NCBI GenBank assembly: GCA_964016885.1
Contig: OZ024754.1
Location: forward strand, 40,238,001-40,302,000
Length of the DNA: 64,000 nucleotides
Source: Eledone cirrhosa
Lineage: Eukaryota
Reading direction: 5' to 3'
In this document: piece after piece, positions 19,801-31,300 of the stretch
How positions within the stretch are numbered: the stretch's first letter is position 1
How the letters are laid out: every line of letters starts with the position of its first letter
The notes under the pieces: generated by a model
The model's database searches: none
Told to the model about the DNA's origin: nothing
The model's input: only the letters and a program-made list of their open reading frames with translations
Translations under genes and position numbers: made by a program

Positions 19801-20189
19801 ACAACCCTACATGTTGTCACTCTCAAGATGGGAATCTCTCTACCACACTCACACATCCCTACATGTCACTCACACAACCCTACATGTTGTCACTCACTCT
19901 CAAGATGGGAATCTCTCTACCACACTCACACATCCCTACATGTTGTCACTCACTCTCAAGATGTGAATCTCTCTACCACACTCACACAACCCTACATGTC
20001 ACTCATTCTTAACATGGGAATCTCTCTACCACTCTCACACATCCTTACATATTTTTTCATTCACATTAAACTTTATTTGAAATTAATTCTGAAATTTGAT
20101 TTATTTTGTTTTGTTTTTTTCAGCATTTCCTCCTACGGTCTGAATGTGAAAATCTTATTCGTCAAGGCATCTTGGAACATGTTAACTGA
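10804..20189 (+). CDS. GINS1: GINS complex subunit 1 (PSF1), 7 coding exons, 194 aa
   Basis: Exons 10804-10878, 11059-11123, 16095-16190, 16822-16912, 17633-17749, 19319-19393 and 20124-20189 total 585 nt. Translation [103 protein letters not shown] at 20316. Confidence 0.97.
11059..11123 (+). CDS. GINS1: GINS1 exon 2
   Basis: ctgtag|[22 protein letters not shown]|gtaagt. Confidence 0.95.
11151..11339 (-). mobile_element. tRNA-derived SINE with 18-bp TSD
   Basis: Head GGTGGATTGGCAGTATCGG..GAGTTCAAATC (A/B boxes), core GCC(T/A)TTCATCCTTACGGGGTCGATAAAATAAAGTACCAG. TSD TAGTATTCATAATTAATT at 11138-11155 and 11340-11357. Confidence 0.85.
11362..11550 (+). mobile_element. Same SINE family, opposite orientation
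   Basis: Near reverse complement of 11151-11339. Further copies at about 10110-10292 (partial pair), 20428-20612, 21150-21322, 51134-51497 and 58146-58334 (TSD CCCATTAATAAT). Confidence 0.85.
11806..14008. repeat. 48-bp minisatellite, ~46 copies, expanded inside a SINE-like element (about 11767-14125) in GINS1 intron 2
   Basis: Unit GTGGTTGTGTAAAAGACACGGTAAAAAGCACCCAGTACACACTGTAAA. The flanks match the unexpanded element at 17204-17492. Confidence 0.95.
14677..15600. repeat. 23-bp (plus 12-bp variant) AT-rich minisatellite expanded from the piggyBac-type MITE subterminal region
   Basis: Unit TACTATTGTATTTACTCTATATA. It runs directly into the rest of the MITE, which ends AATGCTAAAGGG-TTAA at 15768. 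Confidence 0.95.
16095..16190 (+). CDS. GINS1: GINS1 exon 3
   Basis: cctag|[32 protein letters not shown]|gtaaat. Confidence 0.95.
16235..16670. repeat. ~47-bp then ~23-bp minisatellite in GINS1 intron 3
   Basis: TGGTGTGGTGATGTCTGGTATGTCACAGTTGAGTGGAATATAGACTA about x5, then GATATGTCATAGTTGACTGGTTAT repeats. Confidence 0.9.
16822..16912 (+). CDS. GINS1: GINS1 exon 4
   Basis: ttacag|[30 protein letters not shown]|gtaagt. Confidence 0.95.
17204..17492 (+). mobile_element. SINE-like element (unexpanded relative of the 48-bp array host) with (GAT)n tail
   Basis: GTTGGTACCACA..CATCCAGCC..CACACTGTAAATGTGGTTGGTGTTAGGAAGGGCATCCAGCCGTAGAAAACC..ACCCATGCAAGCGTGGAAGATGGAC, then (GAT)n. Confidence 0.75.
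17633..17749 (+). CDS. GINS1: GINS1 exon 5
   Basis: ttccag|[39 protein letters not shown]|gtatgg. Confidence 0.95.
17821..17993. mobile_element. Tc1/pogo-type MITE with TA ends
   Basis: TACCGTATTTCCTGG ... CCGGGAAATACAGTA inverted termini. Confidence 0.7.
18338..18675 (+). mobile_element. piggyBac-type MITE copy with 4 tandem copies of an internal 44-bp unit
   Basis: Left TIR intact; GGTTTGAACAGAAAGAGGTGAGAGAATTCTGGCTGGATACAGCC x4; right TIR truncated. Confidence 0.85.
19319..19393 (+). CDS. GINS1: GINS1 exon 6
   Basis: tttcag|[25 protein letters not shown]|gtgtgt. Confidence 0.95.
19530..19745 (-). mobile_element. RTE-clade LINE 3' end
   Basis: Reverse complement of the element at 7850-8123. 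Confidence 0.85.
19742..20050. repeat. ~52-56-bp minisatellite abutting the RTE fragment
   Basis: AAGATGGGAATCTCTCTACCACACTCACACAACCCTACATGTTGTCACTCACTCTC, about 5-6 copies. Confidence 0.9.
20124..20189 (+). CDS. GINS1: GINS1 exon 7 (stop)
   Basis: tttcag|[21 protein letters not shown]. Confidence 0.95.
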   Translation, partial: HFLLRSECENLIRQGILEHVN

Positions 20190-22019
20190 AAATATTTCTT
20201 CAACAAACATTGTATGATACACTTCTCTTTAACCCTTTACCATTTACATTACTCTGGTTGTAGTATGGCGCGTGTTTATTGAAGATCTGCTCATTTGCAG
20301 ACAAGCGTGATATACAATAAAACAGGTCTATATATGTGTGTATATATGTATATATATATGTGTATATATGTGTGTATATTATTATAAAGGTCATGAAATT
20401 CAGAATCCTCAGAGTAGAAACATTATCGGTGGATTGGCAGTATCGGTAGAGGGTCAAACGCCATGCTTGCAGCATAGTTACGGCCCTTTATGGTCTGAGT
20501 TCAAATCCCGCCGAGGTTAACTTTGTCTTTCATCCTTACGTCGTCGATAAAATAAAGTACCAGTAATGTACTGAGTAATTGCTGGCCTTGTACTAAAAAT
20601 AGAAACAATTATTGTCTTTAATGTGTTGCTGGAGAAAAGTCCAATCTATACAACAGCAAAACAATTTATTCATTAATGGTATAATTATTCCTCCAGTGGA
20701 ATACTTAGAGGCAAATATACTTCGTATTTCATACGTTTAGAAAGAGAACAAATTTATTTATCTAAAATGGCGGCCATAAGGGGACATAATAATCTAAGGG
20801 AAGTAACTGTGGTGTATTTTAAAACATTACAGCGGCGTCTTCTACGTGGTGCACTGAAGTTGACAGTGTTATTCATAATAGGTGTTATTCCTGCTGCTTC
20901 CGAGACCGGGCTTATTGCACGCCCCCTCTCTATTTGATTTATGTGTTCCTATATCATTGAGGGCGTTCGCAGATTTAATTCTATGCTTAATCCCATTTCT
21001 ATTATTGCGTCTATAAACAGGGAATACATCTAGCTTAGTTATTATAGCCAGACTTAGCTATTTTATTACTATGATGATATTTCAGGGTGCTATTCAGCTT
21101 ACCTAATCTATTTTTATTATTCCTATCATTGGTAATATTCCTGCGTTGTGTGATTGGCAGTATCGGTAGAAGATCGGACGCCATGCTTCGCAGCATAGAG
21201 TTACGCCCCTTTATAGTCAGTTCAAATCTCGTCAAGGTTCACTTTGCCTTTCATCCTTACAGGGTCGATAAAATAAAGTACAAATAATGTACTGGCCTTG
21301 TGCCAAAAGTAGAAACAATTATTACTATATATATGGGATATTAAGAGATTTAATATCGTGGATGTAAAAGATCTTACACTGCAGGGCTCTGTTATAATAC
21401 TCAGCTGTGCTTTTAAATATGTCCTCATTGACCGAAAGCCTTGAGATTCTATGAGAGACGTTCTATAGAGTTAAGGATAGGAGGGTGGTGGTTAGATGAT
21501 TTACTAATTAATGTAAGAAAGCACCTTTCTACAAAGTACGAGTGAAACTGTTGATAGTCGGGACTAGAGGAATTTTTGGTAACATTTATCTATTATTTCT
21601 TCAAACTTACATTTTCAACTTAGCTCCGTTTAAATGATTGTCTAATTAATTTCTACGGACTAAGAGGAAAGATTCCGTAAATTTTATCTGACTGTTTCTC
21701 ATAAAGGAATATCGATAACTTATATGTTATTTCTTCAAAGTTACATTTTCAACTTAGCCCCATTTAAATGATTATCTATCTAGTATTTCTACAGACTAAG
21801 AAGAAATTTTGGGTAAATTTATCTGACAGTTCTTCAAACTTATAATTTTATATAGCTCTGATTGATAATTATTTACTTAATTCGTTCACTCATCAAGCCA
21901 CACTGTTAAAGATAGACAGATACATATATGTGTCTGTCTATGTTTAAATATATATATATATGTTCTTTATGACTTAGTTACCGCCTAAGGTTTACAGAAC
22001 AAACTGCTTCTTCTAGCAA

Positions 22020-23770
22020 TGAACTTACCTGCCACAGATCTACCCATCACAACAATTCTATCTTGACCACAAGCCTCATTATGTTTCTCACCCCTTTTGA
22101 ATTTGTAACTAATGGCGATCACTTTGAAAATTTTGGTCCTAACTGAGGGCGTTTCTTGATAAGTTCAAAGTCTCATGGAGAATGCAATGATTAGACATTT
22201 CTACAAAGTAAGAGAGAAGCTGTCGACAGTCGGGACTAGAGGAATTTGTCTTTGAAAAGGATGGCTACTATAGCATCAACCCAGTCATGTGGAACTTCCT
22301 CCCCTCCATGCTTGGGAACCTCTGGATTAATACCATCCAGGCCAGATTTATTGTTTAATTTCTGTACAGTAGAAGCAATGTCATTTCTATTTGGCTCTGG
22401 TGCCATTTCATCTACAATTGGGTAGCTTTTCATTGATTTGATAATGTTTGTTAAGAAGTTCAGAGAAGTGTTCCACCCAGAGTTTCTGAATGGAGACAAT
22501 ATCAGTCAAGTGTGACTGACCATCTGCAGTTCTTACAGGTGATATTGAGGAAGATTGTGCACCATACACTTCTTTAATGAAGGAGAAAAATGCCTTTGTG
22601 TCCTTGCGATATATTGCTTCTTGTGCTTGTTTGGCTTTGTTGAGCCACCACTGCTACTTAATATTTCTCAGAGCATTTCACACTTTTCTTTTTAGTTGCT
22701 TATAAGAGACATCACAATTAGGATTGATTGATTAAGAAAGAAGTTTTTGTCCCTAAGTAAATCACATATGTCAGAGTTGCTATCTGTAACCCAGACATTA
22801 GACCTCCTCCATCTCACACCCACTGATGCTACTTGGAATACTTTTGTGTTAAAATCTTTCCAAAGGTTGCTTGGGTCAAGTGTGATAATTATAGAATTTG
22901 TGGACAGCATTGAAAGACTTGAGCTTTGGTACTTTAGTCCCAGTGTGTCTAGTTTTTGGTGTTATAGTTAAATTGAGTTTGGCCCTGACAAGTCAATGAT
23001 CAGTCCAGCACTGTTCCTCTCATTGAGTGCACACTACATACGTCTTTTGCATCACATTTGTAACTAAAATATAATCAATGAGGTGCCAACTTTAGACTTT
23101 GGGTGCATCCAAGTTGTTTTAAACTTATCCTTCTGCTGAAAGAAAGGGTAAGTTGATGTTCAGTGCAAAACATAAGGAGTGAAACACGATTTTGGTTACA
23201 TTTTCCCCACTCCATGTCTACCCAAGGTCAGCCATGTCATGATATCAGATCTGAACCTTGAGTTGAAATCACCCATAATTACCAGCTGGCACATTTCTCC
23301 AAGTTCACTGTAAAATTGTTGACTAGATGGTAGGACCATAAACATTTATTGTGAGGAATCTTCCTTTCTTCAGATGTAGACATGATATAACACTTTCTTA
23401 GGGACCACTGGGATCATTTTCAAAAGACAATACTTTGACAGCAAAGCTAACACCTGATTCTCTCCTTTTACCTTCTACTACACTTTTCCAAAAGAAAGTA
23501 TAACCAAATCGACTTTCATTAAGCTGACCATCTCCATGAAGACATGTTTCAGAGAGAGAGAGAGAGAGCTACTATATCCAATGAGTATCTTCTCAACTTA
23601 TGAACAATCAATGCAGTTCGTCTCTGGTCTGTGTGTCAAACTGTCATCTACCAGAGTACACACATTCCAACAAATAATCTTCATATGCTGTTTAAACTTT
23701 TTATTGTTGTTGATCGACTGCAGTAGTAGAATAATGACTACTCCACCTGCAGCATCTTGGGACACCTGTC
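22020..23770 (-). mobile_element. Degenerate RTE/BovB-like LINE (endonuclease to start of RT)
   Basis: The minus strand gives IMGDFNSR, KTTWMHPKSK.WHLIDYI and SGLDGINPEV.KHGG..VPHDWVDAIVAILFK, interrupted by many stops and frameshifts. Confidence 0.8.
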
Positions 23771-24351
23771 GAGCAATATTTGTTTACCTGTTGTTCCCAG
23801 GTCTTTATTGCCATTTACTAATTATGTGAGACATTTCAAGGTTTACTGCCAACCATATGACTGGTGTTCATCGAGTCTATTTGTACAAGAAGTACCTACC
23901 TGTACAGTTGAAAATATTTCGAGTGGACCTAACTTCCACTGAACTACCTCCACTTCTTGGTCACAGAATGACAAGACCAAAAACCTCAGGTTTTTATATC
24001 AGAGCTTCCCAGACTAGTTGCCATAACGAGGCTATAGAGTCTAGTCTACCTCATGAGTCAGTGGTCATTGATTACTGATAATACCACTGCATAATGGAGA
24101 GACTTGGTATTATATCAGTGTTTAAAAAAAAATAAAGGACAATTTTTAAGTGAGAAAAATTGAAAAAATGTAATGCATATATATATATATATACATACAT
24201 ACGTGCACCCCCACACACACATGAATGTGTGTACGTACACAACACACATTCATACAATATATTAAATATTTCTTTTTTTTTTTCGTAGTATATGTATATT
24301 TTATGAACAGCGTACCTTGGCAGCAGCTGTCCATGTGATGTGATAAAATTC

Positions 24352-24386
<35 letters not shown>

Positions 24387-27300
24387 AGAGTTAAAACAAC
24401 AATGTGAACTAAATAAACCAAACAAATGAGATGATAATCTGAATGTTATACAACAATTAGCCAATTAAGGTTTAGGTATTGTTGCTGCTCACGTGGATGA
24501 GATCTATATCCGAGATATGTCAATGAAAGGGGTAAATTAAAATCTATTATAATTTTATGTTCCCAAACTACAGGTTAACCCTTTAGCATTTAAACCAGCC
24601 ATATTCAGCCAGAATTTTCTCACCTCTTTCTGTTCAAACCAGCCGTAACTGGCTGCTCATACTGATGTTAAGGTATTGTTCTCAAAGATTGTGAGAATTA
24701 TGTGAAATAAAGTGTTTACCATGAAAATACAATAGTATATATAGAGTAATGTAAATGCTAAAGGGTTAAAGAAATATTTTATGAAATCCCTCAATTTATT
24801 GAAATCTTTAGACAGTTTCTTTCATTAGAAATATAACCATGAAAGAATTAACTCTTCATATCCAGTAATGATTTAACAGAATAAAATAAAATGTTTATAG
24901 TATCTTGTGGACAGATTGATGTGGAAATTAGCAGTATTAGACAGACTAATTTCTGATATACATCAGTCACAGTGCTGTTTTATACTTTAGCCCTTTAGCA
25001 TTTAAACCGGCCAGAATTCTCTCACCTCTTTCTGTTCAAACCGACTGTAACTGGTCATTCATACTGATGTTAAGGTATTGTTCTCAACCTAAATAATATC
25101 AAAATCTCATAGATTCAATATTATGTGAGGGAAAGCCTTGACCATGAAAATATAATGGTTTATATAGAGTAATGTAAATGCTAAAGGGTTAAACAAAATG
25201 TTTCATGCAGAGTGTTAAGAGTTAAAGTTTAGGTAAGTTAGTATTGCAGGCAAAAACAAGGTAAAAGTATCAACAAAAATAACCTCCTAAGACAGACAAC
25301 AAATAGAAACTATTGGATCTTTCTCTGCTTATTCTAGCTTCTACACCGATTCCTCGAAAGTCTAAAGTAGTCCTGCTTCTAATTTAAAGGAAAACTAAAA
25401 CACTGAATTCTTATGTTTAATTTCTAATTTATTCGCAGCATTTCTCTTAATGGCATTCTAGCTCCACCCCTTAATTGACTGTTAAAGAACGGGTGTGAAT
25501 AAAGAGGGAAAATAGAATCTTAGACAATTTCTTCAATTTTAGTTAATGGATTAAAAAGAATCAAGAATTAAGTTCTCATAAAATGATATATAATGTTGAC
25601 GGGGGGTCATCCTCTGATATGAGACTTAGCAAGTGATCAAATATTTAGCAGTAAGCTAATATAGATAGGAACACTAACACAAAATATAACATTTATAAGT
25701 CCTTTTATTTATCTTTTAAGCAAATACAAAAAAAAATTTTTTAATTGAGGAAAATTTTATTTGAAAGTAAAAAAAAATAAATAAAAAATTAATAATGTTT
25801 TAAAATTTATTATTTTTTTTTTTCCTTTTGTGTTTAACTGAATTTCTAAAATATATAGTAATAAGTGAAGGGGGAAGAGGCTGGGGTAGAGATCAGTGAA
25901 AGCAGTAGCAGCACTGAGAAGAAAGAACGCCAATAGCCACAGCTGCACAGACAACCATTTCAGCGCTGCATAATAGTACACAGCTAGAACCACTAGAGAT
26001 TTTTTAAAGAATTAACTGGCTAGATTTGAGGAACAAGATGTTTGGTTTTTGTTGGTTTTTTTAAGAATAATTTACACCACAATTATGGACAATAACTTAT
26101 AATCTGTGTCAGTTTTAGCTAAAGTGACCACATAAGCTGCAGCTCAACATATATTTTCTTCATTGCTTAGAGTTAATGGAGAAATGGAAAGAGGTATAAG
26201 AAAATTCCCGTCGCAATAATAGCTGTTACGAGAGAGCAAGGAATATAAATGCACTCCAGCTTTTCTTTTTGTTAGCATTGTTTTATGGAATTACAAAGAT
26301 AATTTTGACAACACCACTTCGGTTACATACATTTTCATTTCCCTTAATTCAAATTAAAAACATTAAATTCTTAAATAGTTTTTTTCAAGTAATGAAGGGA
26401 TTATTGATATTAATTTTAAACAAATTAATACAACATCTAATAAAGCAAAACAGTTAAGAATTTGGGGATTTATTTTCCTTTTTATTTAAATTTAACGTAT
26501 AATAAAAATAAAGTTATATGCAATTGAGGGAAAAGGGAAGGGAAATTTTCTTCCTAACCTCTTTCTAAAAAGTGAAGAAAATATATTATGAAGCTGCCTA
26601 TTGGGAAATGTGTGTCCAACTTTTTTTCCAGCTAAATCCATAATACTATAGGAATCCTTATAACAATTGTAATTGTCAAAAGCAAACACAAAAAGGTAAA
26701 TTGATACTATATGTAAGATTAAACCAAATCTTATTTGGTTCTTTTTATTTTCTCTTGTCTGTTACAGGTTGCAAGCACTTGGCAGATGCACATGAATCAA
26801 CCAGCAAAAGGAGTAAGCCAGCAATTTAGGCAAAAAGCATCAGAACAATATATTCTTGACATACACATATGCCACATATCAACAGACGTCAGTGTGGGGA
26901 TGTCACACTGTCATGCAATATACATTCAGCTTGTCTTCGATACAACTTTCTTACATTAGACTCATTCTTCATAGTTTAATACAGTCAGTTATACCTCCAA
27001 GTTATTAGGCAGAATTAATTAGTCTAAGTAAATGGGTGAAATTCTTTTAGGCGCATTATACATCTCAGGCTAATTTATTGGAATTTCTTTATTTTTTTAC
27101 ATCCAGACACATTCACTCACTCATCCACACACAATTTCTCTGTATAGTCATCCAAATTATAGAAGAGGCTTTAATTTGAAAGGCAAAATATCTGTAATGT
27201 TTCTTAATATGGTTACTTTAATATTTCAGAAGTTCATAGTTTTGTTGTTAAATCCACTGTAGTTGGTTGGTTGGTTGAGTCCAATTTTGCATAGATGGAA

Positions 27301-28184
27301 TGCGACAGTTTTTATTTTTTTTTAAATTTTATTTATTTTTTTAATTATTGTTGTTGCTGTTTTGTTTGGTTTTTGGGACAAATTTGTTGCTGCTACTGAA
27401 AAAACTATGCTGCATCAAAGATTGTTGTTCTGGTGAAAGACAGAAATCAGATTTATTAAATTTCAGAACATCACAATTTAGAATTTGAGAATGAACTCTC
27501 ATCTAAATAATTTAGAGAAGTTGACTGAGAAATGTCTTTTTTGGGAGGGGGGAACAATTCTTGCAATATATTTTATATCAATATTTAAAAAAAATCTGTT
27601 CCCATAGACTAAGTCCAATTAAAATAAAGTCAACTTCAGATTTGATTTCGATTGAATTATACAAACACTACAAGTGTACAAGCACAACACATTTGAAGAG
27701 TGAAAACAAACCTTAGAAAATAATGAAATTTACATAATACTTATATTACAAAGTGGCAGTGCTTTTCCCCCCCAGATTTTTTAGAAACTTGTTTAAAAAT
27801 TAATTCTTCCCTATAAACTTTAATATGGAAAGTTTTGTAATTTGTGAAGCAAGCATGTGTGAGACTAATAGAGTAATACATAAACATCACTTCAAGATTT
27901 ACTCCTTAAACTAATCTTGTCAGTTTTGGTGGCAGTAAATAGATTTTATATTTAAACTATGTAGAATACTTAATGAAAATGTAGACAATTGTGTGTTAGA
28001 AACACAGGAAGTTAAAGAGAATTTCTAGGCAAGTTGACATATTAGACTGATAGTGTCATGGAATGTTTTTTATGAAAGAAAATTCACTGAAGTTTACTAC
28101 CTTGCAGCTAAAACAGCAACAGCCTCTTAAGATATTCCACCCAAAGTGTGATAGGACTGCAATGAATTGTCATTTTGTGGATAT

Positions 28185-28343
28185 TTATTTCTTTTTCAAT
28201 GTGAAAAAACTCCTTCGCTTGTGTTCATCTCGTTTTGGTTCACCTTCTGTTTTTGCAGGGAGTGTTTGTGATCTGGTGGGACCACTACTGCTGGCTTCTC
28301 CAGTTGCTGCACTTACTTTCACAATCCAATTTTCCATCTCAGC
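28185..28343 (-). CDS. beta-spectrin last coding exon
   Basis: [10 protein letters not shown]...RSQTLPA...[13 protein letters not shown]. Confidence 0.93.
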   Translation of the reverse strand, partial: AEMENWIVKVSAATGEASSSGPTRSQTLPAKTEGEPKRDEHKRRSFFTLKKK

Positions 28344-31300
28344 CTGAATTTAAAAGCAAAATAACATTTGGAAATTATAGAAACCAGCAGCCTCAAGAAA
28401 GAACAAACGATATTTTCAAATTGCCATCATTTAAAACAAAAATAAATATAAAGTGACTTACATCGTCTTTACATTGGAATAAGTACTCAGCACCACCGCC
28501 TAGTTTTAGACGGAACACATGAGGACGTTTGGTGTAATCGTGAGCTCGGTCACAAGTAGCTCCATTCAAATTTATGGCAGTTTCATGATGAAGGCGTGTG
28601 TTAGGATCCTACAATAACAACAATTATTTTAATACAGTTTGTGTACATACGAGATTAAAGGAAATTGTTTTTATAATTCTGACAGTAATGGAATAGTCTT
28701 ATATAAATACTATTTTGAATATGGTAATGAAAGGCTCCTTGAAACAAAGTAAATCCCATCTTTATTAAATTCATCAGCTCTAGTGTCCTCACAAGAATGT
28801 TAATTTAACTTAGCTTCAAATAGGTTTTTCATAAGATACATATTGCACTTCAATATCCTTTACTGAATACAGTTCAATAGAGTACCAACTATAGCTGATC
28901 AATTTTATGAAACATTTATAACATGGCATTCTGGGTAGAGCTTTGGGTTATAATCATAAAGTCATGGGTTTGGTGCCCATAGTGGGCAATGTGTTCTTGG
29001 GTAAGACACTTCATTTGACAGCTGAAAATAGGTATCTAAGGTGGCGCTCTGAAATGGATTGTCTTGTCTCTAAAATTTCAAGCTGAATACCAGAAAAATC
29101 TTTGACTTATCCAGCTTTCATGATTTTTTTTTTTTTTTACTATTTAGTTATCGAAAAAAGAGCCTGCCAAGACCCTTTTCAGGGTCTCTGAGGCTGGAGA
29201 TCTGCTACGAATGCTTGCAACAGAGTCGTCTCCACTAAAGGTACCCAGGTGACAGGTGGTGGTACTATACAGGGCTACCATTTAAGTCTACCACCCAATT
29301 AATTAAAATGTATAAAAGAAAGAAATTTTTACTTACAGTCCTTGCATGTTTGAGGTCTTTATAGCAGGAAAGTTCCATTCCTTGTAGAACAATATAAGCT
29401 TTCTCCCAAGATCTATGAATATGAATAAAAAACAGTCAATGCCAATAATGACATTCATAAGCAATATCGACATCACTAAATAAAGCAACTTTACATACAT
29501 ACAAAAATAGTAAATTTCTTTTTTCATGATAGAAAGCTTTTAGACAAATATACAGACTTTAAAATAAACAGCTTTGTATAATAAAACCCAGAGTAGTTTG
29601 GCACCAAAAGGGTTAAGAATGGTTTCTTATTTAATTTGGATTGAAAAATTCCATCAAAATATTTCTTTAGGAAGGATGAGAGGCAAATACTCTGTTGTAA
29701 CATTTAGAGATGTTAGTATTGCTATTTTCTCATTTATTCAATTCATACGAACTTTCTATATAAAAACATTATTTGTGTGCGCTTTGGTGTACAAATAAGA
29801 AAACATCCCCAATATAAGGGGTAAAGTTTATTCCTTTATTTGAAGCTGGGTCTCCACATCATTGTCACTATTATGTTTCTAATATCTTGAAGAATAAAAC
29901 CTTTTTCTTTTAACTTCTCTACTAAAGACAATTACAGGAAAAGAATGAAAATATTTACCGGTTAGAAGCCTTTTTGGTTTGTGTTTCCCACTCATGTTTT
30001 CTGATTAATGACCCTTCAGCGTGCTCTGCCTCAGGAGCACCAGCTAGTTGATGTTCTACAAACACAATACATAACCATTATAACAAATATAATCAATTGT
30101 AATCTTTCTGAAATGATTCTATTTCTACCACTTAAAGATCTAACCCCAACTACAACCATACACTAAGTTTAACTGAGAATATCTCTAGAAAATTAGGCAG
30201 CAAGAAATGCTGTAGATTGACAGTGTTCTGTAGACAGGGACTTGTTTGAATTTTCGCCATTAAATTTTTTCACAAATGATGCAGTGAATATACTTGATGA
30301 CTACATATTAAAATATGAAATTTATGAGAAATGTTTGTTGAAAATATAATACTAATAACAAATATTATATTTAGTATATTTTAAGATGTAATAAACTAAG
30401 AAAGAGTTTGCTACACTTAGATTCATATATTAGTTCCCAATCTTGGAATATATAATCTGGACATAATTGAATGTTTTCATATTAGGTTTACTAGATTAAA
30501 ATAGGAATTCAACTGTAAACAGTTGAATTCAACACAGCTAATGTAATGTGTAAATATAATTACATGTCTAGATACAAAACAAAATGTAAAGCAATGATTA
30601 TTATAACATGAATACAATACAATGTTTTGAGTCAACAAAAAGTTGACTTTTAACCGTCAAAATATTAAAGGAAGCAACTCGTATACAAAAAAAAATGATG
30701 ATTTTAAAAATATTCCTTTGATGACTTCCAATGATTTGAAAACTGTAAATGAAATCCTTTGTGTACATTTGATGACTTCCAATGATTTGAAAACTGTAAA
30801 TGAATTATGTTTTGTTGGTTGAGTTATTAATGACAAAAAGAAAACAAAAAGATAAGAGATCAAGAAAAGAACCACCAAAGTAGAAAGGAAGATGTTTGAT
30901 GTTTAAAGCAGTGTGAAATGTAGCGAAGAAGATATGAATATTCATGATTATGACATGAGGGGAAAAAATGAATTTAATGATGGTTGAAAAATTTATTGAA
31001 GATAGAATGATCCATAAAACCCCAGTCCAAGAGATGAAATACCAAGTAGATGATATATATATATATACTTATAATATATGTGATATATACATATAATATA
31101 TGTGATATATATATATATATGAAAATGTAGAACACCAAAGAGCACATCTGAGAGTTGCCTCATGCTTTACTGCACTCTTAGATATACAAAGAGTTTATCT
31201 TTACCTGAGAAACCAGGTGACGATGGACCTTCATCTTCACGTTTACGAGCAAAGAATCTTCCAAATGGTGATTTGGAACGTGATCGTTTCTTCTCCTTAT

